DNA from: Eledone cirrhosa
Taxonomy: Eukaryota
Direction of reading: 5' to 3'
Length of the DNA: 64,000 bases
Assembly: GCA_964016885.1 (NCBI GenBank)
Contig: OZ024740.1
Location: 339,016,001-339,080,000 of the forward strand
The position numbers and the translations under genes are program-made. Below, piece by piece: positions 56,826 through 64,000 of this stretch (within the stretch, counting starts at the first letter, position 1; the number at the start of each line of letters is the position of its first letter). Under the pieces are notes generated by a model, which searched no databases, was not told the origin of the DNA, and saw only the letters and a program-made list of their open reading frames with translations.

Positions 56826-56949
56826 AGGGAAAGTCGGAGATAAAAAAAGAAAGGCAACAAAATAAATGTCTTCAGATGGTGGAGTGAGATTAAAGAAAGG
56901 GGTTGAAAATGCAAAAATATAAGAACGTGTAACTTTTGCTGAACATGGC

Positions 56950-57510
<561 letters not shown>

Positions 57511-58239
57511 TATATATATATATATATATATATAATTGGTATTTATTTGAAAGCATATACGATATGCGTAAGTATAATAAGCGTACGAGAGTCTCACTAT
57601 GAATTTATTTAAGGCCGAGAACATATCACATCTACCTCAGTGGAGGCGAGAATGCCAGATAACTATATTTGAATTTTTATCCACCATCAGTGATATTTTT
57701 TCACTCAATACTAAGATAAAATAGGCTGAAACGTATATGGACTTTTCGTATGAAATATCGGCTGGTGATACTCATTTGCATATAGTGTGAATTTGACTGA
57801 TGGATGCGAGGTAATTAGAAGTGGTACAAATATAGCGAACCCAAGCAAACGCATACTACAGTCATACAATCTATCCTACCGGATCAGCCATAAATTATAT
57901 TAAAGCATGTCCTTCAGAACCATACTCCAGTCCTCTCAGCCAAACTGTAACCAACATTCTCCATTAACTAGTATGGGGGTGACAGGCGTCATGATGCTAC
58001 AGCCGTCCTAGTTTCTATATTACTATGTATATTAAAAGAACAAGTAAATGTTTCTATTTTTGGCAATTATCCCTGTGCATTACTGGTACTTTATTTTATC
58101 GACCCCGTAAGGATGAAAGGCAAAGTTAACCTCGACAGGATTTGAACTCAGACCGTATGGCGTCCGACCCTCTACATGCGTGCGTGTGTGTACGTATTTG
58201 AAAAATGATTATTATCTCTAACCTATGCGTTTTAAACGT

Positions 58240-59780
58240 TTTATTGTACATATTTCAAAGGAAAGGAGGGTGGAGAATCGACACCAATGTCGGATTGGTA
58301 CTTTATTTATCGGCCTGATACGCGATGGGGCCCACCCACAGCCCCGGCGGACAGAATGGAGAAGGCGTTTCCTCGGAGGACGGCAAGGGAGACGCGCTGG
58401 AAAAGCCACTCCAACTCGCGGGGCTCACACCTGCGGCTGGCCAGCTCAGCGCCTATGGTGGTGAGTAAGGAGGTAGCCCTGGGGCCGAGGACATCAGAAG
58501 TTTCCACTGCCAGGAGTACGACCGCAAACCTGTCGGAGAGCGACCGGTATTTGAGGAGTTTTGCCTTCTCAGCCCGACGTACAGCAGAACCTGGGTCAGT
58601 CACAGACTGCACCAGGTTGCGGCTGCAGAACGTGTCGGTGCAAGTGGCATCCCAGACGAGGGGTTTGCCACCGCGGAACGGGAAGATAGTCATGCCATCT
58701 GGCCTTTTGCCGTTCCCTCGATCCTTCCCCACCGGCTCGAGCTGGTAAGGGAAGCCTGCAGCGTCCAAGACATGCTTAATGACCTCGTTGAGGGCAGCAT
58801 GGCGTGGAATGCGGCCAGCACTGTGGAGACAGGAAAGCGGGTGGAGGCTGAAAGAGTCCACGGTGTGATGGCAGATCTGGAGGCCGAGCCTCAGAGAATC
58901 GCCGATGCACAGGCTATGGTTGTCTAGCTGCGTGCCAGTGGAGAAGGAGGGCAGGGCATGGACAGGTACCACTGGGGTTTGGAGGCCGTACGAAAACAAG
59001 CAAGGCAGTGCTGGTCGAGCGCGCGCGTGAGCCTGTCTAAGGCCAGGTTGCACTGAATGGCATCCCAAGTGCGTTGGGGGAACTTGACCTCAACAGGGGG
59101 AGACGGAGGAGGGACGTCTACTGGGCTAAGTCGCAGCCGGTCCCACGTCTCACAGGCAGCCTCACGTTCTCTGAACACAGAGGGTTCTGTTGTGTTTTGA
59201 AGAATCCTGCTGACGAGGACGCGGCACGAGGTTACAGACGAAAGATACGCCGGCAAAGCTAGTGAGATCGGGGACGGGAGGCCAAGGACGCCATACCTGA
59301 CAGGTAAAGTGGCCTGTTGCCACCCTATGTCGTCAAACTTGACGTTGCATATCTCCTCGACTGCTGCTCGGATACAAGTATCGAGGTCAGCGAGGAGAGA
59401 TGTCTGGGTGTAGCATGGAACGCTGCGGAGGGTATAAAGGAGCTTCGGCATGGTGAAGCAGTTCCTCAGCAGAAAGAGAGCTGGGTGGCCGTCAATCAAG
59501 CCCAGTCGGCTCGTGAGAGTCTGGAGTTCATGAAGCCTGGACCTGATGGTGGAGCGTGGATCGGTGACCCGAGGATGAGGACATCCACTTTGGGGTTCGC
59601 CTTAACCTAGTTGAGAATGGACCGCATGTCCAAGACGGCGGCTGCAAGGCTCGCAGCATCGAGGCTGACATTCACCACCTCCGACTTGGCCGAGTTGACC
59701 TGGAGGCCGATTCCCGCCAGGGCAGGAACCACCGATTGAAGGTCATCGCAGATCGTCCGTGCGGGCCCGCCCAACGTAGC
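58240..59780 (-). mobile_element. 5'-truncated CRE-like LINE (RT end + restriction-like endonuclease), disrupted
   Basis: IGLQVNSAKSE, QATLPVRYGVLGL, RHAALNEVI, RPDG..LVWDATC..EKAKLLKY..AVETS. Confidence 0.88.
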
Positions 59781-59837
59781 ATTCATTTAATTGTTCGGCT
59801 AATTTGTGTTGCTTTTTATGTAATTACACACTCACAT

Positions 59838-60500
<663 letters not shown>

Positions 60501-60547
60501 TACATTATTTATTTACTTATTTATTTATTTATTTATTTATTTAAATT

Positions 60548-60579
<32 letters not shown>

Positions 60580-61142
60580 TTTAATTACATTTAATTATAT
60601 CTTATATTATATTATTTTAATTTAGTCTATTTTATTTTATTTTAGTTTACCTTATTTTATCTTATTTTATCTTATTTTATGATTATATTATATTATGTTC
60701 TATTTTATATAATTTTAATTTTAATTTTATATTATTTTATCTCATTCCTTACCCTGTATCACTATTATCTGTATATTTTATATTTTATATGTAAGTTTGT
60801 TATGTATTTCTTTATATTTTCTTATATATATTATAAGTCTGTTTTTCGCCTATTTTTTACCTACTCTTACCTAATCCTATCTATCTTATCTACTCTTGTC
60901 TGTTCTCTTATCCATGTGTATGCTTGTATGTAACTATATGTTGACAGCACCCCGCCCAACTGTGACTGATAGCACCCCTTATTTTTCATTGTTTATTTTA
61001 TTATCTTATTTTTATTTTTATTTTTATTTTTATTCTTATTTTTATTTTTACTTTTACTTCCTTAATATCCTTTATCGTCTATTATTATTTTTCATTCTTC
61101 AATGTCTTGGATTTGTTATTGCTTGTATGGTATGTAATTAAC

Positions 61143-61200
61143 CTTTATGCTCTGATGAGTCCCACTTATAGTGCGGATGAAACAATGTTAGCAAGTAAAG
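61143..61200 (+). ncRNA. Type I hammerhead in a solo pLTR-like segment (~60500-61330)
   Basis: tgct-CTGATGA-gtcc cac ttata gtg c ggat-GAAA-caatg-TT-agca; outer cttta/taaag pairing. Confidence 0.82.
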
Positions 61201-61355
61201 ATATGCATATGCTATAGGCGTTCTTTGTTATTTGTTATATCACAGCTCTGTCCTCAGACATTGAGCTAACCTTATACTGCCTGCTGGATAAGTGGAGTGT
61301 TATACATCCCTGATCCTCTCCCTAGTATACTATATATATATATATGCATATATAT

Positions 61356-61548
<193 letters not shown>

Positions 61549-61664
61549 TATGTATGTATATATATATATAAGTATATATATATATATGTATATATATATG
61601 TATATATGCATATATATATATATGTATATATATATATATGTATATATGCATATATATATATATG

Positions 61665-61697
<33 letters not shown>

Positions 61698-61722
61698 GTA
61701 TATATGCATATATATATATATG

Positions 61723-61770
<48 letters not shown>

Positions 61771-61849
61771 TATATATATATACTTATATATATATATACA
61801 TATATACATATATATATATATATGCATATATATATATATACATATATAC

Positions 61850-61884
<35 letters not shown>

Positions 61885-61891
61885 CAAATAT

Positions 61892-61936
<45 letters not shown>

Positions 61937-61960
61937 TATGTATATATCTATATATGTATG

Positions 61961-62009
<49 letters not shown>

Positions 62010-62100
62010 ATATATATATATGTATATATATATATGTATATATATATATATGTATACATATATACATACATATATATATAGATATATATATATATACATA

Positions 62101-62460
62101 TTGTTATACTTGGGGAGGCTCATATTTGTGTAATATTGCCAGAATTAATAACAGAACACACTCACTGTTTGGTTGGTTTTCGCTTCTCGCTTCTGTGTCT
62201 TTTATATCCGTAATCTAACTTACTCGGTCCTCAATGTTGCCATTGACTGACCGACGGTCAAAAATAATACTGATACAATATAGACACAAACACATATATA
62301 TAGTTTATCATAAATCTTTCGTTGCACATCTGCAACATCGTCAGTGGTGTTATCGTTTCCTCCTGTTGTATTATATGTCTACGCCATTTTTATTCAGTCT
62401 GTCAATATATTTATTTATTTATTTGCTTGTTTGTTTATTTTATTTTCTCTTCTTTGCACA
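62101..62460 (-). mobile_element. Solo pLTR of a family C relative; hammerhead at 62307-62348; ORF start MSLPKYNN
   Basis: acca-CTGACGA-t-gttgca gatg tgcaac-GAAA-gatt-TA-tgat; atgagcctccccaagtataacaa then (TA)n. Confidence 0.75.
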
Positions 62461-62462
62461 TA

Positions 62463-62677
<215 letters not shown>

Positions 62678-62719
62678 ATATATATATATATATATGGATA
62701 TATATATATATATATATGG

Positions 62720-62758
<39 letters not shown>

Positions 62759-62760
62759 TA

Positions 62761-64000
62761 TTGTTATACTTTGGGAGGGTCATGTTGCCAATAAGAAACA
62801 CACGCACCAGTTGCTTTCACTTCAATTTATTATAATAAATTTATAATAAATTTATAAATTTATAGATTTCTGGTTGGTTGGTTGGTTCCACAACCAGATA
62901 GTTGTTTATATATAGTCATAGTTCTTTCGTCACACACTCTGTGACCTCTTCAGTGACTGGGGATTCCTTTCTTTGTTTCTGTGGCTCTCCTTTGTTCTGT
63001 CCTACGACATTTTGTTTCTGTGTGTATGTTGTGTGCTCAGTCTGCGTATGCCCCACATCCGGGTGTCTGTGTGTGTTTATGTTCATTTATTTATTTGTTT
63101 ATTTACATGTTACTGGTTGGTTGTTTGTTCTATGTGTGTGTGTGTTTTCATTTTGTCCTTAATTGTAATTTGTGATGTTGCTGTTCCACTCGTATTTTCT
63201 ATTTAATTTTGGTTGTAATTCTTTTATGTTTATTGCCTCTGTAATTTGTCTAAACGTTGCATCTTTTCTGTGTGTAGATTCTATTTTTATTCCTATGTTC
63301 TCTAATTTACCCTTGTGTTCTCTATTTTAGCATGTTGGTAGAGTACAGATGATTCTTTACTATCTTGAAGGTCTCGCCAGTGTTCATTTATCCGTTCCCC
63401 TACACTACGAGCTGTCTCACCTATGTACACTATATTTTTGTCTCTACATTGTCCTTCAGTACAGCTTATGCTATACACTACATTTCTAGTTTTACAGTTA
63501 ATATGGGGGCTTATTTTATAGTTTATACATTTCTTGTCTATACATGAGGGTCTTTGAAAAGGGTATGTCTTGCTAATAAATGTTTTTACGGAGGTACTTG
63601 GTCTTTCTACTATCTTAATATTGAGTTTATGTTTATTTAGGGCCCTTCTAAATTTGTAAGCTAATTCACCTCTAGGGGTTGTATCGATGAACATTACACT
63701 CTGGTATTTATTGTTATCATACCAAGAGTTTATTCTATTAGCCTTGTTCCTAGTTCTTTCTATTTTATTCCAAAATTTGCTCCTATACAAGGGGCAGGTC
63801 CCATTTATGTCATTATTTACCATTTTTTCCCCATTTAGTTCTGGCTCCTCTATACACTCTGATTTTATCTCTCTGATTGTAGCCAGAGAACTGCATACGG
63901 TGGATGAAGTGTTGTATGTGTCTCTCTAGTTCTTCGGGGTTGCACATGCGGGACACATTTCTCATCACCCGTACCAAATCCGCAATCAGTATGTTGATTT
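62761..64000 (-). mobile_element. Second family C PLE (3' part, runs off the window); hammerhead at 62914-62958
   Basis: Close reverse copy of 15680-16915; agtca-CTGAAGA..GAAA-gaac-TA-tgact. Confidence 0.93.

Overview
AT-rich, microsatellite-laden animal DNA, probably octopus/cephalopod judging by the SINE and LINE tails (inference). No host gene is supportable; nearly all short ORFs in the track are (TA)n/(CA)n artefacts. The window is a nest of retroelements, most bounded by (TA)n: several Penelope-like element (PLE; RT + C-terminal GIY-YIG) families including one full-length copy with tandem pseudo-LTRs, a full-length decayed L1/Tx1 LINE, a near-intact RTE LINE, a CRE-like RLE LINE fragment, an internally deleted mariner, MITEs and SINEs. 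The main signal missing from the ORF track is RNA structure. Reading by eye I find 18 type I hammerhead ribozyme (HHR) motifs with intact CUGANGA/GAAA cores, plus 4 degenerate motifs and 2 half motifs. They include two ORF-less HHR-bearing units (436 nt and about 1 kb; retrozyme/circRNA candidates), an HHR family with an ~80-nt structured insertion in helix II, non-canonical helix II closures, and eight fold-back insertions, four of which turn at or next to the ribozyme. The Tx1 element has a 39-nt GT-AG intron-like spacer whose removal could fuse ORF1 to ORF2. All folds were assigned manually, and none is shown to be active.
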